The notes under the pieces were generated by a model. It saw only the letters and a list, made by a program, of their open reading frames with translations, did not search any database and was not told the origin of the DNA. A program made the translations under genes and the position numbers. 64,000 nucleotides of DNA from a virus. Its lineage: Duplodnaviria > Caudoviricetes. Of this stretch, positions 46,763 to 55,884 are shown one piece after another (the first letter of the stretch is position 1; every line of letters starts with the position of its first letter). The stretch is from the IMG/VR virus record IMGVR_UViG_3300029305_002828, positions 31,278 through 95,277 of that record, one strand, 5' to 3'.

Positions 46763-47596
46763 TTAGACTTCAGGAGCTGCTTCTACTGCAGCAGCAAACT
46801 CTTCATCAGTAGTTTCCCAACTAAATGTGCCAGGTACTTCTACTCCATCATAGATCATGGTTCCTTCAATAGGAACATCTGATAGAGCAGTACCATATTC
46901 AACCTCAGAAGGAATAATAGGTTCACCTTCAGGTTCCATACGATAGTCTACTGCATTATTATTAAATGCGTCTTCTACTGCTTCAGTGATATCAACTTCA
47001 CTTACAGGTTCTACTAGATGAATACCTAAAGCTTCTCTTAACTCATCAGCTTCATCTTTAGACCAGATACCAGATAGATCTAATTCAGTATCACCTACAG
47101 GAATCCATACATGCTCACTACCAAATACATGGTAAATGTACATCATCCAAGTAGTATCTTGATCATTATCCCTCTGGAGATAAAGAATATCTTCACGAGG
47201 TTCAGTAATAGAAGTGATAGGACCAGTAACAGTCTGAAGAGTTAAGTGAGTAAATGTACCAACTCTATTAGAAGCATCAATTAGAGAAGTTTCAGAAGCT
47301 GTCAACTTTTCATCTTGTTCATTCTGATGAGTTTGAATACCAGCAATAGTTTCAGCATTAGCTGCTAATGTTTCAGCATTAGTATCCACATGAGAACTAA
47401 AGTTGGCATCTGCATCATTGAGAGTATTAATGAGATCATACAGAGCCTTAGCAGATAAAGATTGTTTATCAGAAGAAGTACTAGATAATGCTTGGACAAT
47501 ACGTTCATCCAATCTAGCATTAGTCTTAGTAAGAATCTGATTAACAAATATAGCTAAGCTTTGTTCACTCATGAATTGATATAATTCAATAGCCAT
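46763..47596 (-). CDS. Paralogous fibre/decoration family member; C-terminal partial Ig-like module
   Basis: Shared YQF...ERIV...SAKALY and YLQRD...WMMY...GDTELDLS domains; tail GVEVPGTFSWETTDEEF matches the downstream gene. Confidence 0.7.
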   Translation of the reverse strand: MAIELYQFMSEQSLAIFVNQILTKTNARLDERIVQALSSTSSDKQSLSAKALYDLINTLNDADANFSSHVDTNAETLAANAETIAGIQTHQNEQDEKLTASETSLIDASNRVGTFTHLTLQTVTGPITSITEPREDILYLQRDNDQDTTWMMYIYHVFGSEHVWIPVGDTELDLSGIWSKDEADELREALGIHLVEPVSEVDITEAVEDAFNNNAVDYRMEPEGEPIIPSEVEYGTALSDVPIEGTMIYDGVEVPGTFSWETTDEEFAAAVEAAPEV

Positions 47597-47642
47597 ATTA
47601 TGTAACCATCCTTTCGAAATTTATTTATATTATTGATTGAAA

Positions 47643-47678
47643 GAATACATGGGTCTATATGTATAGACCCATGTATTC
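47643..47678. terminator. Hairpin terminator
   Basis: GAATACATGGGTCTATA-loop-TATAGACCCATGTATTC. Confidence 0.65.
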
Positions 47679-47692
47679 ATGGGTGTTAATTA

Positions 47693-49060
47693 TTAAGCAG
47701 GGACGTAGTTGTATACCTTAGTAGCATTAGTTATGGGATCATTACTACTCTGAATACTAATAGCATTCCACTGTTCTTCTGTACCAGTGTAATTTACAGT
47801 ATTTAGAGTAGTACAATTCCAGAATGCACTATGACCAATACTAGTTACACTATCAGGAATAGTAACTTCAGTTAATGAAGTACAATTCCAGAATGCACTC
47901 TGACCAATACTAGTTACACCTTCAGGTATAGTAATACTAATTAATGCTGTACAATCATAGAATGCACTACCGCCAATACTAGTTACACTATCAGGAATAG
48001 TAACTTCAGTTAATGAAGTACAATTATTGAATACAGCAGTACCAATACTAGTTACATTATTACCAATAGTAACACTGGTTAATGATGTACAACCACTGAA
48101 TGTACCATTACCAATACTAGTTACACTATCAGGAATAGTAACACTAGTTAATCCGGTACAACCTTCGAAAGCACCATTACCAATACTAGTTACACTATCA
48201 GGAATAGTAACTTCAGTTAATGAAGTACAATTCCAGAATGCACTCTGACCAATACTAGTTACTTTGTAAGTAACTCCATCATCTGGATCAACAAAGGTTT
48301 CAGGAATATTCAGTACTTCACCTTCTGCACCAGTATAACCAATCATAGATCTATTATCTTTAGTTAGTGTAAAAGGAGTAGGTTCAACAGGTGTAGGCTC
48401 CTCAGGAGTAACACCACTAAATCCTAGATCAGTAGCAGCAAACTGCTCATCAATAATAGCAGTAATACGATCAAAGCTGATAGGCTCAACCTCGTGAACA
48501 TTCAGAGCATCTCTCATCTCTTCAATTTCATCCTTACTCCAGAGATGAGAGAGATCAATTTCAGTATCACCAACATTGATCCATTCACCATTCACATATA
48601 GATAGATCATCCAAGTTCTATCAGTTTCATTATCCCTCTGGAGATAGAACACCTCAGAAGAAGGATCAGTAATAGTGTCAATAGCACCAGTTACAGTTTG
48701 AATAGTAAAATGTTTCAATTCATCTACTAAAGTAGAAGTCTCAGCTAATTTAGTTTCTACTGTAGCAAGCTTTTCATCTTGACCAGGCTGACCTGCTTCA
48801 AGAGCTGCTAGTGCATCAGTCTGTTCAGTAATCCCAGGAACTTGAGCATCAATTCTACCTTCAATATCAGTATCAGTAGCCTGCTGAGCAGATACTAACT
48901 TATACAGAAGACGAGCAGAAGGAAGCTGTTTGTTACTGGAAGTTTCATTTACTTCTTTAACAATTCGCTCACTGAGACGAATGTTTAGCTTGGAAAACAA
49001 TGCATCTGCTAACACATATGCATTTTGTTTGTCCATAAATTGGAAAATTTCATTAGCCAT
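47693..49060 (-). CDS. Paralogous fibre/decoration family member with C-terminal BspA-type leucine-rich repeats
   Basis: Family N-domain plus seven VTSIG..AF..CTSLT.VTIPDS repeats and a YTGTEEQWNAI cap. Confidence 0.85.
   Translation of the reverse strand: MANEIFQFMDKQNAYVLADALFSKLNIRLSERIVKEVNETSSNKQLPSARLLYKLVSAQQATDTDIEGRIDAQVPGITEQTDALAALEAGQPGQDEKLATVETKLAETSTLVDELKHFTIQTVTGAIDTITDPSSEVFYLQRDNETDRTWMIYLYVNGEWINVGDTEIDLSHLWSKDEIEEMRDALNVHEVEPISFDRITAIIDEQFAATDLGFSGVTPEEPTPVEPTPFTLTKDNRSMIGYTGAEGEVLNIPETFVDPDDGVTYKVTSIGQSAFWNCTSLTEVTIPDSVTSIGNGAFEGCTGLTSVTIPDSVTSIGNGTFSGCTSLTSVTIGNNVTSIGTAVFNNCTSLTEVTIPDSVTSIGGSAFYDCTALISITIPEGVTSIGQSAFWNCTSLTEVTIPDSVTSIGHSAFWNCTTLNTVNYTGTEEQWNAISIQSSNDPITNATKVYNYVPA
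47805..48262 (-). repeat. Seven 69-bp tandem LRR-coding repeats
   Basis: Units 47849-47917 and 48194-48262 are identical in DNA. Confidence 0.9.
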
Positions 49061-49133
49061 GGATTATAACCTCCTATGATATTATTTTATAAGACTCATC
49101 GTCGTTATTGTTTTGTAACATTTCTTGATTAAA

Positions 49134-49167
49134 AAGATCCATGGGCCCGTTTGAGCCCATGGATCTT
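49134..49167. terminator. Hairpin terminator
   Basis: AAGATCCATGGGC-loop-GCCCATGGATCTT. Confidence 0.65.
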
Positions 49168-49189
49168 CATGGTATTAGATATTTATTAA

Positions 49190-49906
49190 TTAGACGACTG
49201 GAGGAATAGAAGCGTCGCCCTCAGCACCAGAAGGAGTATCAGTTAGATCAACACTAGTAGAACTAAAAGCAGCCTCTACAGCAGCAATGATCTTCTCATC
49301 AGGAATGGGCTCAGCATCATGTAGACCCAGAGCTTCCTTCATTTCCTCGATGTTATCTTTGCTCCAGTAGTTAGACAGATCAACTTCAGTATCACCAATG
49401 TTAATCCAGCTACCAGCTTCACCATCAACAGCAGGAGCCTGCCAGATATACATCATCCAGGTGGTGTCATTTTCATCATCACGCTGGAGATACATGATAT
49501 CGGTCTGAGGATCAGCAACAGTAGAAATATCACCAGTTACAGTTTCAATGGTCAAGTGAGTAAGACTGTTGACAGTATCAATCAGATCCTGAAGATTAGT
49601 CTCCAGAGCAGAGATCTTACCATCCTGAGTAGCCTGAGACTCATTCAGAGAAGCAATGGCAGAACCGTTGTTGGTCAGCTGAGTATCATGCTCATCGAGA
49701 CGAGAAGCAATCTCAGCATCCTTGGTCTGCAGAGCATTGATCAGGTTGTACAGAGCCTTAGCAGAAGCAACCTGCTTATCGGAAGCATTCGCATCAATAG
49801 AGGTTACAATACGTTCATGAATACGAACGTTAACCTTACTAAGCAGCTGTTCAGCAAGTTGCTGTACACCAAGCTCATTTAGAAATTGATAAGTTTCAAT
49901 AGCCAT
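49190..49906 (-). CDS. Paralogous fibre/decoration family member (core only)
   Basis: YQFLNELG...ERIV...SAKALY, coiled coil, YLQRDDENDTTWMMY...WINIGDTEVDLSNYWSKD. Confidence 0.75.
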   Translation of the reverse strand: MAIETYQFLNELGVQQLAEQLLSKVNVRIHERIVTSIDANASDKQVASAKALYNLINALQTKDAEIASRLDEHDTQLTNNGSAIASLNESQATQDGKISALETNLQDLIDTVNSLTHLTIETVTGDISTVADPQTDIMYLQRDDENDTTWMMYIWQAPAVDGEAGSWINIGDTEVDLSNYWSKDNIEEMKEALGLHDAEPIPDEKIIAAVEAAFSSTSVDLTDTPSGAEGDASIPPVV

Positions 49907-49945
49907 AATAGGTTATCTCCTTTCAAAATATATTTAATTTAATTA

Positions 49946-50917
49946 TTAAAATATGGGAGCAGTTTCAGTATAAGCAGCTTCTACACTAGCATTGATCTCA
50001 TCCTCAGTAATAGCAACCATCTGAGTTTCATCAACCTTATTAGCAAGTTCTTCTTCCAGACGAGCAACTTCAGCAGCCAGATTAGCAGCATCATTGAGGC
50101 ACTGCCAGCCAGAAGCTACGCTGCGACGGATGTAGTTGACATATGCCTTGCCTTCCTGATCAAAGAGCATAATCCAACCATACATCTTCTGGTATTCAGT
50201 AGTTGTATTAGGTTTAGACTGATCTTCAAGAAGATCAATATGACATAAGCCACGGAAGGAAGAATCAACAGGACTTACAGGGTTATCAGGACAACCACGC
50301 TGAGCATAAATGGTATACATACCAGGTTTCTCAAGAGTAAACATATAGTCTACTAGAGAGATATTATCTTCAGCTCTCAGATAAATTGCAAAGTCACCAT
50401 TCTCATTAAACAGAAGATTTACAGGAAGATCTTTAACGAGTTTCTTAACTTCAGCAAGACCTTCATCAATCTTAGTCTCAAGAGCAGCCAGAGCTTCAGG
50501 CAAACCAAGAGCAAGTTTTAGAGCTTCGACATCAGTAGGATCTTTAGACCAGTAGTTACTCAGATCAACTTCGGTATCGCCGATATTGATCCAACCAAGG
50601 TCCGCATCATAAACATACATCATCCACAGCTGGTCAGCCTCATTGTCACGCTGTAGATAAATATAACTAGAGTTGGGTTCAGTCACCTCATCAATCAGAC
50701 CAGTGTGGGTCTTGAACTTGATGTGGCTCATAGAATTAATTGCATTGAATACTGCAAGAGCAGAAGGTACATGATTATTATCAGCATGCTCATCCAGAGT
50801 AGTTACAATGCGCTCTTCAATACGGGCATTAACCTTGGTAAGTAATGCTTTACTTAACAGGCTAACGCCTTCCTTATTTAGAAACTCATAAATGAGTCTC
50901 TCAGTACTATCAGGCAT
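49946..50917 (-). CDS. Paralogous fibre/decoration family member with inserted globular domain
   Basis: YEFLNKEG...EERIV...YLQRDNEADQLWMMY...WINIGDTEVDLSNYWSKD plus an insert of about 110 aa. Confidence 0.75.
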   Translation of the reverse strand: MPDSTERLIYEFLNKEGVSLLSKALLTKVNARIEERIVTTLDEHADNNHVPSALAVFNAINSMSHIKFKTHTGLIDEVTEPNSSYIYLQRDNEADQLWMMYVYDADLGWINIGDTEVDLSNYWSKDPTDVEALKLALGLPEALAALETKIDEGLAEVKKLVKDLPVNLLFNENGDFAIYLRAEDNISLVDYMFTLEKPGMYTIYAQRGCPDNPVSPVDSSFRGLCHIDLLEDQSKPNTTTEYQKMYGWIMLFDQEGKAYVNYIRRSVASGWQCLNDAANLAAEVARLEEELANKVDETQMVAITEDEINASVEAAYTETAPIF

Positions 50918-50951
50918 TATAATAATCTCCTTTCTTTATATTTTATTAAGA

Positions 50952-51455
50952 TTATTCGGTGGGTTGCTCATCGTCATCATCAGCGATACCAGGGTCAGTC
51001 TCAGCATAAGAGGTAGAGACGATCTCGGCAATTACATTATTGGGGATAGCATTAACAGTTACATCTCCTGCTTCAACAGAAGTACCGCCACCACAAGCAA
51101 TATAGCCAATACCCTCAATCCAAATATACATAACTGCATTGGTATCAGATGCACTCTTACGGACAACATACAGAGCAGAAGGATCAGGAGCAACCATTGC
51201 TTCATTAATGTTGCCACTAGTAATAGTGAGATTCTTGATCTTGCTTAAGTTCTTCACTGCACTATAGACAGTGCTAGCAGCGGGAACATGATCCGCATCG
51301 GAAGCTTCCTCAAGAGAAGTGACGATACGCTCCTCAATACGGTTATTTACATTCTTAAAAATCTCTTTGGTAAGCTCAGCTAGACCAGCTCTATCAAGAA
51401 CGTAAATATCAGTCCCATTACTATTTGCCAATAAAGTTTCTAACGTAGTAGGCAT
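50952..51455 (-). CDS. Divergent short member of the paralogous family
   Basis: VLDRAGL...VNNRIEERIVTSLEEASDADHVPAAS...MYIWIEGIG. Confidence 0.7.
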   Translation of the reverse strand: MPTTLETLLANSNGTDIYVLDRAGLAELTKEIFKNVNNRIEERIVTSLEEASDADHVPAASTVYSAVKNLSKIKNLTITSGNINEAMVAPDPSALYVVRKSASDTNAVMYIWIEGIGYIACGGGTSVEAGDVTVNAIPNNVIAEIVSTSYAETDPGIADDDDEQPTE

Positions 51456-51524
51456 AATAAGTTTCTCCTTTCTTTAAATAATTATTTTAGATTTACTTAC
51501 CTGATTATATCAGAGTTCAGATTA

Positions 51525-53015
51525 TTATAATCCCTCAGGTTGACTATTAGCTTCTACAATATTCTGAATTGTTTCACTATCGATTGGAAGTACGTTCGGG
51601 AAATCTTCTAACTTAGATTCAAGATTGTCAACGTCAGATTCTAGATCATCAATTTGGTCTTGAAGTTCATCATGAATTTCATCAGGAGTTTGAGTAGTTC
51701 CACCAGTACTACCACCAGTATCAGGAGTTTCTGGTTCAGTAGTTGTAGAGTCATCTTCTTTAGGTTGTAATGATTGTACTAAAGTAGTTAACTCTTCTAA
51801 TTTACCAGTTAACTGATTAATGACCTGATTCTGTTGGTATTCCATATTCCTACTTTCCTCAAGCATATTGAGCATATTTTCATAATCAGGATAAATAATA
51901 TGATCAGGATGATGAGGAGGTTCATGATGATGACAATCACATTCATGTTTAAGAGGATGAGGAGGAATCATATGATGGTGATGATGATCACAATAAGGAA
52001 TAGGAGCTTCAAGAGCTCTAGCAACCTGAGATGCATCATGAACCACAGTTACATCATTCTTCCAGATAGAGAACTTAAATATGATTCTATGACCAGGATT
52101 AATCATAAATGTCCTATTAACTCGAACGATACCACAAGGAATCAATGCAACCTGAGTCATAGGATTATTGATTTCCTGATCATGTAAAATGATGTCCTTA
52201 CCATTATTATCAAATCTATAGAACCTATTGAACATAGACCAGGTATTGGGCATGATTCTATTAGGATCTTCAGGATGATAACTATTAGGATCCCAACCAG
52301 GTAATAGATGATGATTCTGCATCATCTGATGGTGATAATAGAGTTGATTATCACGACTCATAGGTTGAGTAGGTAGATAACCAGCATCTGCTCTTCCCAT
52401 TAGAGACTGTTTAATCCTAGGCATATGAGGAGAAGTTTTTACCATCTCATAGCACATCTGAATATTAGTCACACGAATCATCATAGGATCCTGACCATGA
52501 GTGAACTCATTAACTGTGGATACTAAAGTATTACAGAAGTTAACAATGATTCCATTGTCAGAAGTATCCCTAGGATTAATGTCCAGGAAGTAATTACGAT
52601 CCGTGATTCTAAAAGATTCAACAGCAGATCTGATAACCTGGCGAGTACGGTAGTTCTCAAGTTGGTAGTTAACCCTAATGACAATTCCACGTCTAAATAC
52701 ATTGAGTTGATGATTCATCATATGACAACTATCAGCAATCATCTTTAACAAGTTTCTATGTTTAGTATTGTTTCCAACAATTGCAGGATAACCATCACTA
52801 TGACGTTTGCCAATGTCATCAATACTAATATCGACAACAGCACGCATTGCATCACTCTGATCAACAATGATTTCACTATAGATTAGAGATCTATCAACCT
52901 GCTGGAATGTGTTACAGTCTAAGTATTCTGACAGTAGATATGGAATACCATTAAGGTCGACAAAAGCATTTACATGATTGGCGACTTCAAGATTCCCACA
53001 TTCACAATTATGCAT
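51525..53015 (-). CDS. Hypothetical protein with His/Cys-rich segment and C-terminal coiled coil
   Basis: CDHHHHHMIPPHPLKHECDCHHHEPPHH; C-terminal PIDSETIQNIVE resembles the family C-terminal helix. Confidence 0.7.
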   Translation of the reverse strand: MHNCECGNLEVANHVNAFVDLNGIPYLLSEYLDCNTFQQVDRSLIYSEIIVDQSDAMRAVVDISIDDIGKRHSDGYPAIVGNNTKHRNLLKMIADSCHMMNHQLNVFRRGIVIRVNYQLENYRTRQVIRSAVESFRITDRNYFLDINPRDTSDNGIIVNFCNTLVSTVNEFTHGQDPMMIRVTNIQMCYEMVKTSPHMPRIKQSLMGRADAGYLPTQPMSRDNQLYYHHQMMQNHHLLPGWDPNSYHPEDPNRIMPNTWSMFNRFYRFDNNGKDIILHDQEINNPMTQVALIPCGIVRVNRTFMINPGHRIIFKFSIWKNDVTVVHDASQVARALEAPIPYCDHHHHHMIPPHPLKHECDCHHHEPPHHPDHIIYPDYENMLNMLEESRNMEYQQNQVINQLTGKLEELTTLVQSLQPKEDDSTTTEPETPDTGGSTGGTTQTPDEIHDELQDQIDDLESDVDNLESKLEDFPNVLPIDSETIQNIVEANSQPEGL

Positions 53016-53065
53016 AATCTATATCTCCTTTCTTTAAATAATAATACCGCATTATATATTGGCAT

Positions 53066-53077
53066 TACTGAGTTGTT
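53066..53077 (-). promoter_or_regulatory. Putative late promoter AACA-N6-TA
   Basis: Minus strand AACAACTCAGTA about 50 nt upstream of the 53015 start. Confidence 0.45.
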
Positions 53078-53079
53078 CC

Positions 53080-54297
53080 TTAATTCATACCAAGGATTCT
53101 TCTGATAATGAAGATTACAATTGGAGTATATAAGAATGTATCAATATGTCTAACTGAGTTAATTAGTGTATCAGCAATTGTTAATGGTACATCTTTAAGT
53201 GACAACTGGTTTGGTTTATGCATGTACTTCCATAACAATTTCTCATACTCACCAAGAGGTTCATGTTTATCATCCATTAATGCATTTAAGGTTGTATCAT
53301 CAAAGAAAGAATAACGTTGATTATTAATATCTTCCTGTTGATTTGCAAATGGCTGCATTACTTGGATATCTCCTTCACCCCAACGAGCAAAAGAAGAATA
53401 AGGATACCCATCTGCATATATTAGATCAAAAAAGAAACGTCTAACCATACGAGTAGGAGCTCCTAATTCAATCCAGTTATAAACAGAATTAGTATAATAC
53501 CAGAGCTTCTGTTTCTCCTGGAGTTTGTCATGGAGTACAATTACTCTACCACTATTTTCAGAATTCATTAAACTGAATTTAGCGATAAATTCATTACCAC
53601 ACATATCAAACCAATCAAGTCCCATCTCAGGATGATGGTATAAGAAACAGTTATGTTTATCATTGTAATACATTGCTCGATAATTAGTAATCATCTGATT
53701 AACTAATTGACGAACTTGATTACGATAATGGAATTCATCTTCTCTAATGATAGGATTGATATTAGATCCAATTGCATTAAGCTCAGTCGAATATGTTTCA
53801 ATAACTTGATTCTGTATTTCAGCAATAGTATCTTCAGATGTACTAATTAATCTATAATGAATTTTATAGAATCCATCAGGTTTCATGGTATCATAATCAA
53901 TAGCAGTAACTTGGAATAATGCTGTCATTGATAAATGATTGACTTCGAAGAAATCTGATTGCCTTGGTGTAATTGTATTTGGAATGATCTGGCACATTCC
54001 TTCAATATTGATGTCTTCAACTTGTTGCTCATCAGTATTTTCTGGAATCGCTTGACCAAATCCATATAATGGTAGATTCTTAATTTTGTGATATCTTACT
54101 GGAGATTTCTTTCCAAACAATTGATCTATATCTTGAAGTCCTCGATCAACAGTAGTAGATGATTGTACCTGAGAATAGTAAGTGGTAAGAATAGCACCGT
54201 TTTCAATATATTTATTCATATGAGATTGAAGACGCTGCTCAAATTTAAAAATATTACCATTTATCATATTCTCTTCACTAAAAATCAATTCTGCCAT
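53080..54297 (-). CDS. Jumbo-phage protein, probably virion structural
   Basis: TTYY...STTVDRG...GKKSPVRYHKIKNLPLYG pattern that I recall from phiKZ/AR9-like virion proteins; AAAGGAG RBS before ATG 54297. Confidence 0.6.
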   Translation of the reverse strand: MAELIFSEENMINGNIFKFEQRLQSHMNKYIENGAILTTYYSQVQSSTTVDRGLQDIDQLFGKKSPVRYHKIKNLPLYGFGQAIPENTDEQQVEDINIEGMCQIIPNTITPRQSDFFEVNHLSMTALFQVTAIDYDTMKPDGFYKIHYRLISTSEDTIAEIQNQVIETYSTELNAIGSNINPIIREDEFHYRNQVRQLVNQMITNYRAMYYNDKHNCFLYHHPEMGLDWFDMCGNEFIAKFSLMNSENSGRVIVLHDKLQEKQKLWYYTNSVYNWIELGAPTRMVRRFFFDLIYADGYPYSSFARWGEGDIQVMQPFANQQEDINNQRYSFFDDTTLNALMDDKHEPLGEYEKLLWKYMHKPNQLSLKDVPLTIADTLINSVRHIDTFLYTPIVIFIIRRILGMN

Positions 54298-54399
54298 TAC
54301 AGTTCTCTCCTTTCTTCTAATATTAATAAAAACTATTATAAAGAAGTGAAACCGAATAAAAAAGAAAAGGCGCCCACCGAAATGGGCACCCAATTCTTT

Positions 54400-54666
54400 T
54401 TACAGGAGTGCAGCAACAGGTCCCAGCAACTCGATCAGAGTGATGGACTTACTCACACGACCCTTCAGAAGCAGGAGCTGGAGCTCATGATCACCGGCAT
54501 GATCAGATTCAAGGATTGCGTCGATCTTCTTCATAATGCCGTTAAGGCTTTTCAGCTTGCGATCGGATTTCTCCTGCATAGTCTCGCCAGGCAGATCGGA
54601 CTGAAGGCTCGTAACTTCATTCAGGATATCATCCATCAGTTTCTTGACATATTCATTCATAATCAC
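54400..54666 (-). CDS. Hypothetical protein, GC-richer, probable early gene
   Basis: GGAGG RBS; TATATATTAT at 54704-54713 (minus strand). Confidence 0.65.
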   Translation of the reverse strand: MIMNEYVKKLMDDILNEVTSLQSDLPGETMQEKSDRKLKSLNGIMKKIDAILESDHAGDHELQLLLLKGRVSKSITLIELLGPVAALL

Positions 54667-54743
54667 AGACCTCCAAAATTTTATTGTGATTTATTTCACT
54701 ATTATAATATATACAAGAATCATGCTCATATACGATAAAAAAG

Positions 54744-54768
54744 AAGGAGGGGATTAGCTCCCCTCCTT
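54744..54768. terminator. Hairpin terminator
   Basis: AAGGAGGGGA-loop-TCCCCTCCTT. Confidence 0.65.
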
Positions 54769-54801
54769 TATATTACTCAATTGTATTTTCCATTATTTAC
54801 C

Positions 54802-55074
54802 TCAATCCTTCTGAACAGATAGGACTATATTAGAGGAGTGAGAATAATATACTTCCCCATCTATTGTTACCTGGACCATATCACTGTCTTCATAATCTAA
54901 CCAGGAATCACACTTGCCTTCGATAATAGTTCCATTGCCAAGCTCAACATATGCATAGTTGAACTTGTAAGTAGTGTCGATGATTTGCCGGTTGCATCCA
55001 GATAGTATCATGGTGACAGACAGAACGACAAAGGTGATGATTGCGAACACTTTCAGCTTACGGTAATTTTTCAT
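54802..55074 (-). CDS. Small lipoprotein
   Basis: Basic N-terminus, hydrophobic core, lipobox LSGC. Confidence 0.8.
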   Translation of the reverse strand: MKNYRKLKVFAIITFVVLSVTMILSGCNRQIIDTTYKFNYAYVELGNGTIIEGKCDSWLDYEDSDMVQVTIDGEVYYSHSSNIVLSVQKD

Positions 55075-55076
55075 GT

Positions 55077-55451
55077 TTATATCTCCTTCAATTCAATTGT
55101 TATAGTACAAGATTTTTCTTCAGGTTTACTTGTATCAAGATTCAACGAATGATTCATAGATGTTACCATCATTGACTTGGGCTCATGTTCGTTTTCAGGT
55201 ACAATACCAGATTGGATTATTGCTTCAACAGCCTCTTTAGCTTCAGCCAGTTTACATCCATGAATTTCTCTGTATCGAATAACTCCTATGAGTTTACCAC
55301 CATTTCGAATACATTCTTCAACAGTTGGTTCAGGAACTTCTTCAAGCAAACCAGTATCGATAAGAACATCAATTATTCCTCTACCATAGATATAGTCCAA
55401 CTGGTAGGGATGGTTCATAATCGCATTGGTGATCTTAGATCTATAATACAT
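55077..55451 (-). CDS. Protein with ribosomal L7/L12 C-terminal-like motif
   Basis: GKLIGVIRYREIHGCKLAEAKEAVE. Confidence 0.55.
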   Translation of the reverse strand: MYYRSKITNAIMNHPYQLDYIYGRGIIDVLIDTGLLEEVPEPTVEECIRNGGKLIGVIRYREIHGCKLAEAKEAVEAIIQSGIVPENEHEPKSMMVTSMNHSLNLDTSKPEEKSCTITIELKEI

Positions 55452-55452
55452 A

Positions 55453-55878
55453 TTACTTCTCCTTCGTCATAAGATGACCAAGCATTGCGAGACTAGCAAT
55501 AGCCTTTTGAGAGAAAGGTCTTCTCTCATTGGGATTTGTTAATACAGAATAGTTAGGTTGAGAAAACATGTATATATTTCCAGCAACCTCTCCAAATTTT
55601 CCCATACTTACTTCTGCAGCATAGACCTGTTTACCCTTAGGACAGTCTTCAGGTTTCCAGTAGTAAACAGTCGGGAGCATCTGATCATCAATATTGTCAA
55701 CCTTAGAGTTTCTTTGTTTGATTTCATTCATTACTCCAGTGATGATAAGCTGGAGTTGTCTTTCATGATCATGAGAAATGATACATGTCTTATACGGGTT
55801 TGAATAGAGGACTTTAATTGCACCATTTATACTGTTGGCATAATATCCTCTTTCTTTAGCACCATAGATAGTTTCCAT
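55453..55878 (-). CDS. Hypothetical protein
   Basis: 141-aa ORF in operon. Confidence 0.65.
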   Translation of the reverse strand: METIYGAKERGYYANSINGAIKVLYSNPYKTCIISHDHERQLQLIITGVMNEIKQRNSKVDNIDDQMLPTVYYWKPEDCPKGKQVYAAEVSMGKFGEVAGNIYMFSQPNYSVLTNPNERRPFSQKAIASLAMLGHLMTKEK

Positions 55879-55884
55879 TATTTA

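Noticed and set aside
47805-48262. Diversity-generating retroelement target or CRISPR-like repeats
   Set aside because: Repeats are in-frame 69-bp LRR units; no reverse transcriptase or non-coding template repeat with adenine-specific differences is present in the window
54163-54738. 191-aa plus-strand ORF
   Set aside because: Overlaps two minus-strand genes that have RBSs; shadow ORF
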